Source: Arcobacteraceae bacterium
Lineage (GTDB): Bacteria > Campylobacterota > Campylobacteria > Campylobacterales > Arcobacteraceae
Length of the DNA stretch: 64,000 nt
Direction: 5' to 3'
Assembly: GCA_963662945.1 (NCBI GenBank)
Contig: OY759974.1
Span: forward strand, 1,984,001-2,048,000
Below the pieces are notes generated by a model, which saw only the letters and a program-made list of their open reading frames with translations, made no database searches and was not told where the DNA came from. The first letter of the stretch is position 1, and each line of letters opens with the position of its first letter. A program made the translations under genes and the position numbers. This document shows, piece after piece, positions 19,487 to 30,325 of the stretch.

Positions 19487-20680
19487 ATGACGGAATCTTT
19501 GAGTAGGCTCGTAGAGTTTACAAAAAATTTAACACTTCTATATGTGGAAGATGAGCAGTATTCTAGAGAACAAACTTTGGGTATTTTAGAACTTTTTTTT
19601 GATAAAATTATTATTGCTATTGATGGTCAAGATGCCTTAGAAAAATATAATACACATACCATAGATTTTATTATTACAGATATTAATATGCCAAATATAA
19701 ATGGTTTGAAATTTATTGAAGTTGTACGAGATTCTAATAAATATATCCCAATAGTGATAGTTTCAGCACATAGTGATACAGATTTTTTTCTTGAATCTAT
19801 CAAGTTAGGTGTAGATGGATATTTGATTAAGCCAATAGAATCAGAGCAATTTATCTATCAAATAAGTAAAAATTTACATAATCTATATCTACAAAATCAA
19901 TTGAAAGATTATCATAAAAATCTAGAGATTCAAGTACAAAAGCAAGTTGAAGAGTTAAGAGAAAAAGATAAAATACTGATTCAACAAACCAAACTAGCAA
20001 CCATGGGTGAGATGATGGATGTTATAGCGCATCAATGGAAACAGCCTATTAACATTATAGCTATGCATACTTCACTTATTTGGGAATTATATGGAGAGTA
20101 TAATCTTCCAATAAATTCAAAAGATATTGAAAAATGTTATTCTTCTGTAAACGTACAAGTAAAACATCTTGTAAAAACTCTTGATGATTTTAGAAAGTTT
20201 TTTAGACCAAATGAAACGATGGAAATAATAAAGTTAAAATCTCTTTTAGATTCGGTAATGGTATTAATACATGATGATTTGATTAAAAATCTAATCACTG
20301 TAGAGTTAGATTGTGATGAGAGTATAGAGATTTATGTTAATGTAAGTGAGATAAAACATATCTTTATAAACCTTATCAATAATTCAAAAGATGCTTTTAA
20401 TCAAAATGAGATAGAAAAACGAAAAATACAAATTGCTTGTAAACATGATAATAACTCTGTGATAGTTCATGTTGCTGATAATGCTTGTGGAATACCAGAA
20501 GCAATTATAGGAAATATTTTTGAACCAAATTTTACTACAAAAGGTGAAATCGGAGGCACTGGTATTGGTTTGTATATGTCACGATTTATCGCTAAGAAAA
20601 ATAATGTAACAATAGATGTAGAAAACCTAGATAATGGGGCAAATTTTATTTTAGAATTTCAAAAAGCTAATTTGGAATAG
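19487..20680 (+). CDS. cytoplasmic REC-histidine kinase hybrid
   Basis: YVEDE, TDINMP, IKP receiver; IAHQWKQP, NSKDA, GTGIGL. Confidence 0.92.
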   Translation: MTESLSRLVEFTKNLTLLYVEDEQYSREQTLGILELFFDKIIIAIDGQDALEKYNTHTIDFIITDINMPNINGLKFIEVVRDSNKYIPIVIVSAHSDTDFFLESIKLGVDGYLIKPIESEQFIYQISKNLHNLYLQNQLKDYHKNLEIQVQKQVEELREKDKILIQQTKLATMGEMMDVIAHQWKQPINIIAMHTSLIWELYGEYNLPINSKDIEKCYSSVNVQVKHLVKTLDDFRKFFRPNETMEIIKLKSLLDSVMVLIHDDLIKNLITVELDCDESIEIYVNVSEIKHIFINLINNSKDAFNQNEIEKRKIQIACKHDNNSVIVHVADNACGIPEAIIGNIFEPNFTTKGEIGGTGIGLYMSRFIAKKNNVTIDVENLDNGANFILEFQKANLE

Positions 20681-22343
20681 TTTCTGAGGGTTTCCCTGTA
20701 TAGTACCCTTGGGAGTATTCTATCCCCATAGATTTTACTTTTTCATATATTTCTTGACTACTGACAGATTCTGCGATAACTTTGGCGTGTAAAGATTTCG
20801 CAAATTGTATCATAGATTCTACAACTGCCTCTATTTTTTTATCAGATAGTAAACTCTCTATATAATATCCATCAATCTTTATATAATCTATTTTAATACT
20901 ATGAAGTTTTTGGATATTGCTATGGTTTGTACCAAAATCATCAATTGCAATTTGAAATCCCAAACTATTCAGAAGAGAGATGTTTTTTATGATGTTCTCA
21001 TTTTCTAAAATTGTTACAGATTCAACTATCTCAAAAATGATTTTTGATGGTTTGATATTGTGTTTTGAAGAACAATTTAATACAAAAGATATAAAACTAT
21101 CATCCAATAAATCATCTTGAGTGATGTTAATTGCAATATTAAGATTTTTATTTTTTATATTTTTAAAAACTTTAGAGGTCATAACTTTTGTAATATCTGG
21201 AAGTAGTTGAAATAATTTGGCATTTTCCAGATAGTAATAAGGTTTACTTACTCTATTCATTTCTAATACTCTTGCAAGGGCTTCATAGGTTTCAGTTTTT
21301 CCTGTTTGATTGTTTACTATGGGTTGATAATAAGGGATGATAGCATCAGTTTTTAATACTTTTTTTATTTTTTTCAACCATTTAAGATTGTCATCTCTTC
21401 TGTGTGTGAGTAGAGAATTACTTGAATAAAAACCATATTTATCTTTTCCTATTTGACGTGCTTCTTTGATGGCAATATGTGCTTTTCTTAAAATATCATC
21501 ACCTCTGCCATGTCCAACTCCAACAGTACATGATAAAGCAAAATCATCAATATTTGTGTCTATTTTTGTATTTTCAAGAGTTTTAATGATATTTATTACA
21601 AATGCTTTGAGTTCATCTTCTGTGATTTTAGAGAATAAAAATGCAAACTCATCTGATACAACACGAAATAGTTGTGAGTTTTCAGTATTTTGTTGATGTA
21701 ATAGTTCAGATATTTTAACGATAACTTCATCCCCAATACCATATCCATATTTACAGTTTATTACATCAAAATTATCAATGTTGACTAAAATAAGATGGTA
21801 ATAGTTAGTACTATGAAGATAGATGTCTAGTTTATTTTTATTTTCTAAATTTGTCAGTTTATCTATAAAAATATTTGGATTTGTATTACTAAGAGTTAAA
21901 GTATTTGTTTGAGTATTTAACTCTTTGTTTTTGATATATTGTATATAGTTGGTAGCTTTATTTAAGATATTAATCATATTTGTAGTTACAAGAGGTTTGA
22001 GTAAAATATCATTTATCCCCAACTCCAAGGCTGTTTTATAAGTATTTAAATCTTGATGGGCAGATACCATAACAATATATTCCAAAGGATTGATGGCTTT
22101 AAGCTCTTTAATTAAATCAAAACCTGATAACAATGGCATATAAATATCTGTAAAAACAAGATCAATAGAATCTAAATATGTAGTATAAAGTTCTAAAGCT
22201 TCTTGTCCATTTTGTGCCATATAAACATTATTAAAAAAAAGTTCAAGTAATCCTTGTAACTCTATTCTTGATTGTTCATCATCCTCTAAACATAATACAT
22301 TCAATCTTTTTGTATTAAAAGTGAGTTTTTTAATCTCATTCAT
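20667..22343 (-). CDS. REC-GGDEF(degenerate)-EAL phosphodiesterase
   Basis: LEDD, TDIYMP receiver; VSDEF in place of GGDEF; YEALAR, IDDFGT, IKID, SQGY; start moved to ATG 22343. Confidence 0.88.
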   Translation of the reverse strand: MNEIKKLTFNTKRLNVLCLEDDEQSRIELQGLLELFFNNVYMAQNGQEALELYTTYLDSIDLVFTDIYMPLLSGFDLIKELKAINPLEYIVMVSAHQDLNTYKTALELGINDILLKPLVTTNMINILNKATNYIQYIKNKELNTQTNTLTLSNTNPNIFIDKLTNLENKNKLDIYLHSTNYYHLILVNIDNFDVINCKYGYGIGDEVIVKISELLHQQNTENSQLFRVVSDEFAFLFSKITEDELKAFVINIIKTLENTKIDTNIDDFALSCTVGVGHGRGDDILRKAHIAIKEARQIGKDKYGFYSSNSLLTHRRDDNLKWLKKIKKVLKTDAIIPYYQPIVNNQTGKTETYEALARVLEMNRVSKPYYYLENAKLFQLLPDITKVMTSKVFKNIKNKNLNIAINITQDDLLDDSFISFVLNCSSKHNIKPSKIIFEIVESVTILENENIIKNISLLNSLGFQIAIDDFGTNHSNIQKLHSIKIDYIKIDGYYIESLLSDKKIEAVVESMIQFAKSLHAKVIAESVSSQEIYEKVKSMGIEYSQGYYTGKPSETIPN

Positions 22344-24675
22344 GTTTTTCCTTTGGAAAATTAAGTGTAAAAATTGCACCATCTTCAGCATTTGTAGCAC
22401 TTATAGTTCCATTAAAATGTTTTTCAATAATTACTTTTGTCATATATAATCCTATCCCTGTACCTTCACCTTGTTCTTTTGTTGTAAAATAGGGATTAAA
22501 AATTTTATTGAGTATTGCAGTTGGGATTCCTCCTGCATTGTCTGTTACTTTGATGATGGTGTTTTCTTCTTTATCTTTAACAGTTATTGTGATGGTTTTA
22601 TTTTCTCGTTCATAGTTTTTAAAAGCATCTTTGGCATTATTGATAAGGTTTAATAAAATATGCTCAAATTCATTTTTAAAACCATATATTTTTACACCGT
22701 CACTATTTTTTATCTCTAAATGAATATTTTTACTTTTGAGTTGTGGTTCCAAAAATTCTAGAATTTTTTTATAAATATCAAGTACGAAAAAATCCTCTTT
22801 AAGTGTAGAAGGTTTAAAAAAGTTCATAAAATCACTAATAGTTTCAGACATTTTTACACTTTGTTGTTCTATAAATTTTGTTTTTTCTTGAATCTCTTCA
22901 TTTTCTAAAATGTTTAAATGACTAGAAAAATTGAGTTTCATAGCAGCAGCATTGATAGCATTAAGTGGCTGTCTCCATTGATGTGCAATTGAGCCTATCA
23001 TCTCTCCCATTTCTGCCATTTTCGCTTGTTGAGCTATAATTTTATTATTCAGTATCTGTTCACTCTCTAACTCTTTTAGTTTTGTAATATCTTCAAAAAT
23101 AAAAAGTCTTAATTGTTTGTTTTGTTCATCTTTAATAATAGTTGATGAACCTATACATATTTTTAAACTATTCTCTTTGGTAAGGAGTTTATATTCATTT
23201 GCAATAGCTTTTTGCACGATAAATAATGTTTGATTTTCTTCCATTATTGCTGGTTTGTTCTCCTCTAAAAATAGAGAATAAAAATCTTTTTTAAGAAACT
23301 CTTTTCTGTTAAATCCTAATGTTTTATAAAAACTTTTATTGTATTTGATAAGTTTTCCATCTTGGTTGATTACAGCTATTCCGGATTTAGCACTTTTAAA
23401 AATATTGGATAGAAGTATTTGTTGTCCTTTTTTCTCTTTTTTGAGTTTTAGTTTATCTTGAATCTCATCTAAAATATCGAGTTTTAATTGGATGTTATGA
23501 TTTGCTAATTCATTTTTTTTGAGAATTTCAGTAGTAATGTTTGTTGCAAATCCAAGTAGTAATTGTTCTTTTCTTGGATATTCTAAATCATTCATTGGAA
23601 TTAAAATAATTTTAAAATAACTCTTATGTATTTTTTGGATTTGTCGATAATATGTTGTTTGTAAGTGAAGAGTTTCCTCTTCATCTTGTTGTAATAGAGT
23701 AGAAAGTTTATGATCTATATTAAGTTCTTTATTTGTTTTTCCTATGAGTTTTTCTTTTGATTCAAGACCAAAAATATGTGCAGTTGCATTATTTGCAATG
23801 ATATATTCAAATTTTTTATTTTTAACAAAGATGGGATTTGGAGATTTTTCAATAATTGTTTTAAAAAATTCTTTTTGTGCTTTTATTTTTTCTCGTAGTT
23901 TTTTCTCTATTTTTACTTTAGTGTATAGAATATAAAAGAGAATTAATAAAAAAAGTGTACTTGAAAGAACTCTAAAAAGAAATTTTTTAAAAGAATCGTT
24001 AATTTCATCACCATTAAGATTAAATTGTAATATATACAATTGATTTGATGGTGAAAAAACCGACAAAGTACAAGTGTTTTTTTCTGAAATAATATTACGT
24101 ACAATTTTGATTTCACCTTCATATTTTGGTAAATAGTTTTGGATAAAATTGTCCAATGAGATTGTTAATTTTATAAAACCAACAATTTTACCCTGAAAAT
24201 AGATTGGATTTATCTTTGCATATTGATAGTTTTCCCCCATAACTTCTTCAAAAACAACTTGATCTTTTTTTAAAGTATTTTGAGAATAATTTAAATTAGT
24301 TTGTTGATGTTCCAACTCTTTTTTTATGGAAAGAAGATATTTTCCCTCATGGTTGTAAAACAATATATTATCAAGAATTGTATTGTTTCGAAATGGAGTT
24401 AAAACTAAACTTTTTAATAAAAAATCAATATTATTTTTATTAACAATATCATTACTATCTTGCAGTGTTTTAGCAATTGCAAAGGTATTAAAAAATTCCA
24501 AAAAAATATTTTTTAGTTTTTCATTGGAAAGTTTTGTAGCTAATTGGTAATCATATAAAACTTGATGATTTTTTTTTAATTTGAGATTGTGAATATCTGT
24601 TTCATAGTTGGAGTAAAAAAACAATCCAAATAATGAAGATGTGATAAGAAATGCAAAAATAAAGTATCGAATCAT
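22336..24675 (-). CDS. membrane PAS-PAS sensor histidine kinase
   Basis: Two TM, two PAS-like segments, IAHQWRQP, NAKDA, DNAGG, GTGIGL. Confidence 0.92.
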   Translation of the reverse strand: MIRYFIFAFLITSSLFGLFFYSNYETDIHNLKLKKNHQVLYDYQLATKLSNEKLKNIFLEFFNTFAIAKTLQDSNDIVNKNNIDFLLKSLVLTPFRNNTILDNILFYNHEGKYLLSIKKELEHQQTNLNYSQNTLKKDQVVFEEVMGENYQYAKINPIYFQGKIVGFIKLTISLDNFIQNYLPKYEGEIKIVRNIISEKNTCTLSVFSPSNQLYILQFNLNGDEINDSFKKFLFRVLSSTLFLLILFYILYTKVKIEKKLREKIKAQKEFFKTIIEKSPNPIFVKNKKFEYIIANNATAHIFGLESKEKLIGKTNKELNIDHKLSTLLQQDEEETLHLQTTYYRQIQKIHKSYFKIILIPMNDLEYPRKEQLLLGFATNITTEILKKNELANHNIQLKLDILDEIQDKLKLKKEKKGQQILLSNIFKSAKSGIAVINQDGKLIKYNKSFYKTLGFNRKEFLKKDFYSLFLEENKPAIMEENQTLFIVQKAIANEYKLLTKENSLKICIGSSTIIKDEQNKQLRLFIFEDITKLKELESEQILNNKIIAQQAKMAEMGEMIGSIAHQWRQPLNAINAAAMKLNFSSHLNILENEEIQEKTKFIEQQSVKMSETISDFMNFFKPSTLKEDFFVLDIYKKILEFLEPQLKSKNIHLEIKNSDGVKIYGFKNEFEHILLNLINNAKDAFKNYERENKTITITVKDKEENTIIKVTDNAGGIPTAILNKIFNPYFTTKEQGEGTGIGLYMTKVIIEKHFNGTISATNAEDGAIFTLNFPKEKHE

Positions 24676-24685
24676 AGTTTAAAGG

Positions 24686-25567
24686 TTATTCTATATATTT
24701 ATAAATATCTTCCATAATGGCATAATTTGTACTATTTGTTTTTTTGTACATTATTGTTTTACCAAGTCTTGGTACAAAGTTTTTAGGCATACTTATAAGT
24801 GCATCTTGTAAAGAGTTTTTGAGTTCTTGTGATAAACTTTTTTGAACTATTATTGGAGATTTAGGTATATCATCTGATTCCCAAATAATTATATTTGTTT
24901 TTGTGGAAATTTTTTTATCTTCTATAAGTTGATGATAAAACATCTCAGCAGTAGCTGCCATCGGAATAATATTATTTGCAACAACTAATTCAGCAGCATC
25001 ATGTGTACCTACAAAAGTGATTTGTTTAAAATAATCTTCAATTTTAATATTTGCTTTTTTCATATAATAGTTTGGTACAGCGTATCCTGAAGTAGAACTT
25101 TCATCTGTAAAAGCTAATATCCATTTTTGTTTATATTTTTCAAGTTTTGATTTTAAAATATTCATGCCAGCTTCACCTTTTAAAGGTGTTGAGATATTGA
25201 GTGTTTTTGCTACCTCTGGTGTAACAACAAAGAGTGATTTATAAGTTGCAAAACCATCTTTAGTTACCCCAGTTACTATTGGTTCAACTTCAGCTACTTT
25301 TTTTGTTAGGACATAAGAAAATGGTCCTACAAATGCAAAATCAAGTTCATTTTTTGAAAATTTATTGATAATTTCGCCATAACTATTTTCGTAATTAATT
25401 TTTATACATCTATGAATTTTTTTTTCAAGGTATTTTTTCCAATCTTGATAATAACTTTCTATTTCTGAGATATTAACATAAGGTATAACACCATATCTTA
25501 GACACTTAGTATCTGCAAGAATATTAGTTATTAAAAATACAGAGAGTAAAAAAACTACTTTTGTCAC
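24686..25567 (-). CDS. PhnD-like phosphate/phosphonate-binding protein
   Basis: Signal peptide, DFAFVGPFSYV, AFTDESSTSGY..P, GTHDA, IWESDDIP. Confidence 0.87.
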   Translation of the reverse strand: MTKVVFLLSVFLITNILADTKCLRYGVIPYVNISEIESYYQDWKKYLEKKIHRCIKINYENSYGEIINKFSKNELDFAFVGPFSYVLTKKVAEVEPIVTGVTKDGFATYKSLFVVTPEVAKTLNISTPLKGEAGMNILKSKLEKYKQKWILAFTDESSTSGYAVPNYYMKKANIKIEDYFKQITFVGTHDAAELVVANNIIPMAATAEMFYHQLIEDKKISTKTNIIIWESDDIPKSPIIVQKSLSQELKNSLQDALISMPKNFVPRLGKTIMYKKTNSTNYAIMEDIYKYIE

Positions 25568-25575
25568 ATAAATAC

Positions 25576-26574
25576 CTACATTTTAAAATGTTTGAGTGCA
25601 TACATATACGAGTTTCTCTCATAAGCTGAGGGATTATCTGTATGGTGTAATGAAATACTACCAATCATCTGTTTGATTGATTCATATTCATGTTCCAGCA
25701 TCCATTTTTCCATCTCAAAAAGCATATTGTATAAATACTTCTCTCCTCTTTCTAAAAGAATAGAAGCTATTGCAACACTATTAGCACCACTCATCATTGC
25801 TTTTAAAACATCTTCACCTGTTTTAATTCCTGTATTTACACATAAATCAGCATCTAATTTATTAAATAAAATAGCACACCATCGTAAAGATTCACTTTTA
25901 TCTTTAGAGTTTGTAAGGTGTGCTCTTTGAGTTGCACTCAATGTTTCTAAATCAATACTTACATTAATAGGATTATCAAAAAGTGTTAAGCCATTTGCAC
26001 CTGCTTCTACAAATTTTTTTGCCATATTTGCAGGATTTGTAAAGTAGGAGTTCATTTTTACATTTAAAGGAATAGAAATATGTTGTCGTAGATTTTTAAT
26101 AGTATTGATATACATATTTTCTATCTCCGCACCACTCATATCAATTGAAGTTGGGATATAAGTGATATTAAGTTCTAAAGCATCTGCACCAGCTTCTTCT
26201 AATTTAGAACCATATTTAATCCAACCAGCTTCACTTACACCATTTAAACTAGCAATTACAGGAACATTCGTAGATTTTTTTACTTCACTTACAAATTCTA
26301 AATAATGTTCACTATCTAAATTATCAAATTGCATATCTGTAGGAAAATACTCTAAAGCTTCCGCATAACTATCATTTTCTTTATATAAAAAGTGGTCTAA
26401 CACTTTTTGTTCATGATTGATTTGTTCTTCAAAAAGTGAATGAAGAACAACAGCAGCAATACCGTGGTCTTCTAGTCGTTTAATACCACCTAAACTATTT
26501 GTAATAGGTGATGCTGAAGCTATAATTGGATTTTTAAGGTTGAGTCCTAAATAAGTTGTTGTTAAATCAATCAT
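25576..26574 (-). CDS. dihydroorotate dehydrogenase-like flavoprotein (PFOR-associated)
   Basis: TTYLGLNLKNPIIASASP, SLFEEQI, PVIASLNG, ADALELN, ER..Y; start moved to ATG 26574. Confidence 0.82.
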   Translation of the reverse strand: MIDLTTTYLGLNLKNPIIASASPITNSLGGIKRLEDHGIAAVVLHSLFEEQINHEQKVLDHFLYKENDSYAEALEYFPTDMQFDNLDSEHYLEFVSEVKKSTNVPVIASLNGVSEAGWIKYGSKLEEAGADALELNITYIPTSIDMSGAEIENMYINTIKNLRQHISIPLNVKMNSYFTNPANMAKKFVEAGANGLTLFDNPINVSIDLETLSATQRAHLTNSKDKSESLRWCAILFNKLDADLCVNTGIKTGEDVLKAMMSGANSVAIASILLERGEKYLYNMLFEMEKWMLEHEYESIKQMIGSISLHHTDNPSAYERNSYMYALKHFKM

Positions 26575-29500
26575 TTTGTGTTCCTTTATTTTCAAATTGA
26601 TGTTGTAAATTTGTATATCTTTCATAAAGCGTTTTAGCTGCATGAGTTGCAGTATCAAGATATGTTATTGCAGAGTTTTTATCTATCTTTTCAACCATCT
26701 TAAATCGTGTTTCATTATACATATAATCTTTGACACTGATTTGAGGACCTTTATAGTCTAAAGTAAGTGGATTTTCTCCAATATCTAGAAGTTCAGGATT
26801 AAATCTAAAAATAGGCCACAATCCACACTCAACAGCTTTTTTCTGTTGCTCCATTCCATATCGTAAATCATATCCGTGCGCAACACAGTGAGAATAAGCT
26901 ATGATAATAGATGGACCATCATATTGTTCCGCTTCCATAAAAGCTTTTACAGTTGCTTTATCATTTGCACCCATTGAGACTTTTGCCACATAAACATTTT
27001 GATAATTAATAGCCATAGAAGCTAAATCTTTTGGTAAACCAGCTTTTCCACCAGCTGCAAATTTAGCAACAGCACCTGTCATAGTTGCCTTACTTTGTTG
27101 TCCACCTGTATTTGAATATACTTGTGTATCTAGCACTAAAATATTGACATTTTTCCCACTTGCTAAAACATGATCTAAGCCGCCATATCCAATATCATAG
27201 GCCCAACCATCTCCTCCCATAATCCATACAGATTTTTTCACTAAATACTCAACAATATTTTCTAATTCTTTTACTGTATCACTAGCCGGTATATTTTGAA
27301 GAGCATTTTGAAGTTTTAATACTCTTGCTCTTTGAAGGTTGATTTGTTCTTCTGTTTTTTGTTCGGCATTTAAAATATCATCAACTAAGACCATATCAAG
27401 TTGATCTTTTAATTGTTCTAGTAAGGTTCTGGCTTTTAAAGTATGACTATCAACAGAAAGCCTAAATCCCAAACCAAACTCTGCATTGTCTTCAAATAAA
27501 GAGTTTGACCAAGCAGGTCCTCTCCCTTTTGCATCTTTTTTCCAAGGAGTTGTTGGCAAGTTTCCACCATAAATAGAACTACATCCTGTAGCATTTGCTA
27601 TAAGCATTCTATCTCCAAAAAGTTGTGAGGCTAATTTTACATATGGTGTTTCTCCACAGCCTGGACAAGCACCACTAAACTCAAACAATGGCTCCAAGAA
27701 TTGAGAGTCTTTTACATTTGTATGGTCTAGCTGTTCCCTTGGTACATTTGGTAAAGAAAGGAAATAATCCCATTGTTTTATCCCTTCTTCTCTTAAAGGA
27801 AGTTGTGGTTTCATATTGATAGCTTTGAGATTTGTTTGGGATTTGTTTTTTGCAGGACAAACCTCTACACACAACTCACAACCAGTACAATCTTCAACGG
27901 CAACTGAGATATTAAATACATCATTTTCTCCAAAGTTTTTCCCTTTTGCTTTTTTGTAATGAAAACTATCAGGTGCCTTTTCTACTAATGTTTTATCAAA
28001 TACTTTTGAACGAATAACAGAATGTGGACAGACTAAAACACATTTGTTACATTGGATACAAGTATCAGCATCCCACACAGGAACTTCTTGTGCTATATTT
28101 CTTTTTTCATATTGAGTTGTACCTGTTGGCCAAGTCCCATCTGCAGGTATATCAGAAACAGGAATCTCATCACCTTTATATTCTGTGATTTTTTGGATAA
28201 CATTAGCAACAAAAGGAGACAAATCACCTTTTAGGACACTTTTAAGTGCAATGTCACTTGAAATTTGTGATGGTACTTGTATTTCAAAAAGATTTTCTAA
28301 ACTACTATCAACAGCAGCATAATTCATCTTTACAATAGAATCACCTTTTTTCCCATAAGTTTTATAAATAGAGTCTTTGATTTTTTCTATCGCTTCTTCT
28401 TTTTGAAGTATTCCACTTATTGCAAAAAAACAAGTCTGCATCACTGTATTTATTCTTGAACCCATATTACTTTTTTTAGCTACACTATAAGCATCTATTG
28501 CATAAAATTTTAGTTTTTTATCTACAATTTGTTTTTGTGTAGCTTTTGGTAATCTATCCCAAATCTCCTCTTTTGAATATGGAGTATTAAGTAAAAATGT
28601 AGCTCCATCTTTAGCAATCTCTAATAGATCCAACTTTTCTAAAAAGACCGCTTGATGTACACCAACGAAATCTGCTTTTTGAATAAGATAACTTGATTTT
28701 ATCTCTTTATTTCCAAATCGTAAATGAGAAGTTGTCATAGAACCAGATTTTTTTGAATCGTATACAAAATATCCTTGAGCATAATTATCTGTTTCCATCC
28801 CTATAATTTTGATAGAATTTTTATTTGCACCAACAGTTCCATCACTTCCAAGTCCATAAAATACAGCTTCATATTGATCGCTATTTTTCATAATAAGGTT
28901 TTTATCATATTCTAAACTTGTATGGGTAACATCATCATTGATCCCTATTGTAAAATGATTTTTAGGAAGTGGTTTGCTTAATTCATCAAAAATAGTTTTT
29001 ATCATACTTGGGGTAAATTCTTTTGAAGAGATACCATATCGTCCACCTATGATTTTTGGCATAGAAAATGGTAAATTATTTTGTGATTCAAAAAGAGCTG
29101 TTACAACATCGTGGTAAAGTGGTTCCCCTATACTCCCTGATTCTTTTGTTCTATCAAGAACTGCTATTGCTTGTACTGTTTTTGGTAAGGTACCTATAAA
29201 ACTTTCAATACAAAATGGAAGTGCTAGTCTTACTTTTATCATACCAACTTTTTCTCCATCTTTTGTAAGATGTTCGATAGTTTCATCAACAGCACTTGCA
29301 CCTGAGCCCATTACAACTATAAGTTTTGTAGCATCAGTTGCTCCTACATAGTCAAAAAGTTTGTAACTCCTTCCTGTTAATGTGGCAAATTTATCCATTT
29401 GTTTTTGAAGAATTTTTGGAGTTTCATTATAATATTTATTGACAGTTTCTCTCCCTTGAAAATAAACATCAGGGTTCTGACTAGTACCTCTTAAAATTGG

Positions 29501-30136
29501 TTTATCAGGTGTCATACCTCTTTGTCTATGAGCATTTACAAGTTGGGTATCAATCATTTTCTTTAAAATATCTTCATTTAAAACTTCAATTTTATTTACT
29601 TCGTGAGAGGTTCTAAATCCATCAAAAAAATGTAAAAAAGGGATTCTAGATTCTAAAGATGCTGCTTGAGATATAAGAGCAAAGTCGTGGGCTTCTTGAA
29701 CACTGTTTGATGCCATTAAAGCAAATCCCGTTTGTCGTACACCCATAACATCTTGATGATCTCCAAAGATTGATAAGCCTTGTGCTGCTAAACTTCTTGC
29801 TGCTACATGAAAAACTGTAGGTGTTAATTCTCCTGCAATTTTATACATATTTGGAATCATAAGGAGTAAACCTTGGGAAGCTGTAAATGTTGTAGTTAAA
29901 CTTCCAGCTTGCAAAGCACCATGAACAGCTCCACTGGCTCCCCCTTCACTTTGCATTTCATATACTTCAGGGATTGTTCCAAAAATATTTTTTTCATGTT
30001 TTGCACTATACAGGTCGCTTAGTTCTCCCATTGGAGATGAAGGAGTGATAGGATAGATTGCTATAACTTCATTTATTTTATGGGCTACTAAAGCTACAGC
30101 CTCATTACCATCGATTGTTTTAAACTCTTTATTCAT
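26567..30136 (-). CDS. nifJ: pyruvate:ferredoxin/flavodoxin oxidoreductase, single chain
   Basis: IYPITPSS, GLGSDGTVGANK, CIQCNKC..VCP and CTGCELC..VCP, ATGCSSIYG, GGDGWAYDIG. Confidence 0.97.
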   Translation of the reverse strand: MNKEFKTIDGNEAVALVAHKINEVIAIYPITPSSPMGELSDLYSAKHEKNIFGTIPEVYEMQSEGGASGAVHGALQAGSLTTTFTASQGLLLMIPNMYKIAGELTPTVFHVAARSLAAQGLSIFGDHQDVMGVRQTGFALMASNSVQEAHDFALISQAASLESRIPFLHFFDGFRTSHEVNKIEVLNEDILKKMIDTQLVNAHRQRGMTPDKPILRGTSQNPDVYFQGRETVNKYYNETPKILQKQMDKFATLTGRSYKLFDYVGATDATKLIVVMGSGASAVDETIEHLTKDGEKVGMIKVRLALPFCIESFIGTLPKTVQAIAVLDRTKESGSIGEPLYHDVVTALFESQNNLPFSMPKIIGGRYGISSKEFTPSMIKTIFDELSKPLPKNHFTIGINDDVTHTSLEYDKNLIMKNSDQYEAVFYGLGSDGTVGANKNSIKIIGMETDNYAQGYFVYDSKKSGSMTTSHLRFGNKEIKSSYLIQKADFVGVHQAVFLEKLDLLEIAKDGATFLLNTPYSKEEIWDRLPKATQKQIVDKKLKFYAIDAYSVAKKSNMGSRINTVMQTCFFAISGILQKEEAIEKIKDSIYKTYGKKGDSIVKMNYAAVDSSLENLFEIQVPSQISSDIALKSVLKGDLSPFVANVIQKITEYKGDEIPVSDIPADGTWPTGTTQYEKRNIAQEVPVWDADTCIQCNKCVLVCPHSVIRSKVFDKTLVEKAPDSFHYKKAKGKNFGENDVFNISVAVEDCTGCELCVEVCPAKNKSQTNLKAINMKPQLPLREEGIKQWDYFLSLPNVPREQLDHTNVKDSQFLEPLFEFSGACPGCGETPYVKLASQLFGDRMLIANATGCSSIYGGNLPTTPWKKDAKGRGPAWSNSLFEDNAEFGLGFRLSVDSHTLKARTLLEQLKDQLDMVLVDDILNAEQKTEEQINLQRARVLKLQNALQNIPASDTVKELENIVEYLVKKSVWIMGGDGWAYDIGYGGLDHVLASGKNVNILVLDTQVYSNTGGQQSKATMTGAVAKFAAGGKAGLPKDLASMAINYQNVYVAKVSMGANDKATVKAFMEAEQYDGPSIIIAYSHCVAHGYDLRYGMEQQKKAVECGLWPIFRFNPELLDIGENPLTLDYKGPQISVKDYMYNETRFKMVEKIDKNSAITYLDTATHAAKTLYERYTNLQHQFENKGTQND

Positions 30137-30164
30137 AGAAAATCCTCGTAATGAAATGGAAGGT

Positions 30165-30196
30165 ATTATAAAAGAGTAGTATTACAGTTTAATTAC
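30165..30196 (-). promoter_or_regulatory. Pho-box-like promoter of nifJ operon
   Basis: GTAATT-aaact-GTAATA-N9-TATAAT. Confidence 0.75.
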
Positions 30197-30325
30197 ACTT
30201 TGATAAATTAAATGATTATTCAGTTACCTCTTTTTATATACATTCAAGCTTTTATAGTAAAAAAGCCTATGACCTGTATTGTACAACTTACTTTCTTAAT
30301 AATAAAATTTGAGAATAGGGGAGAA

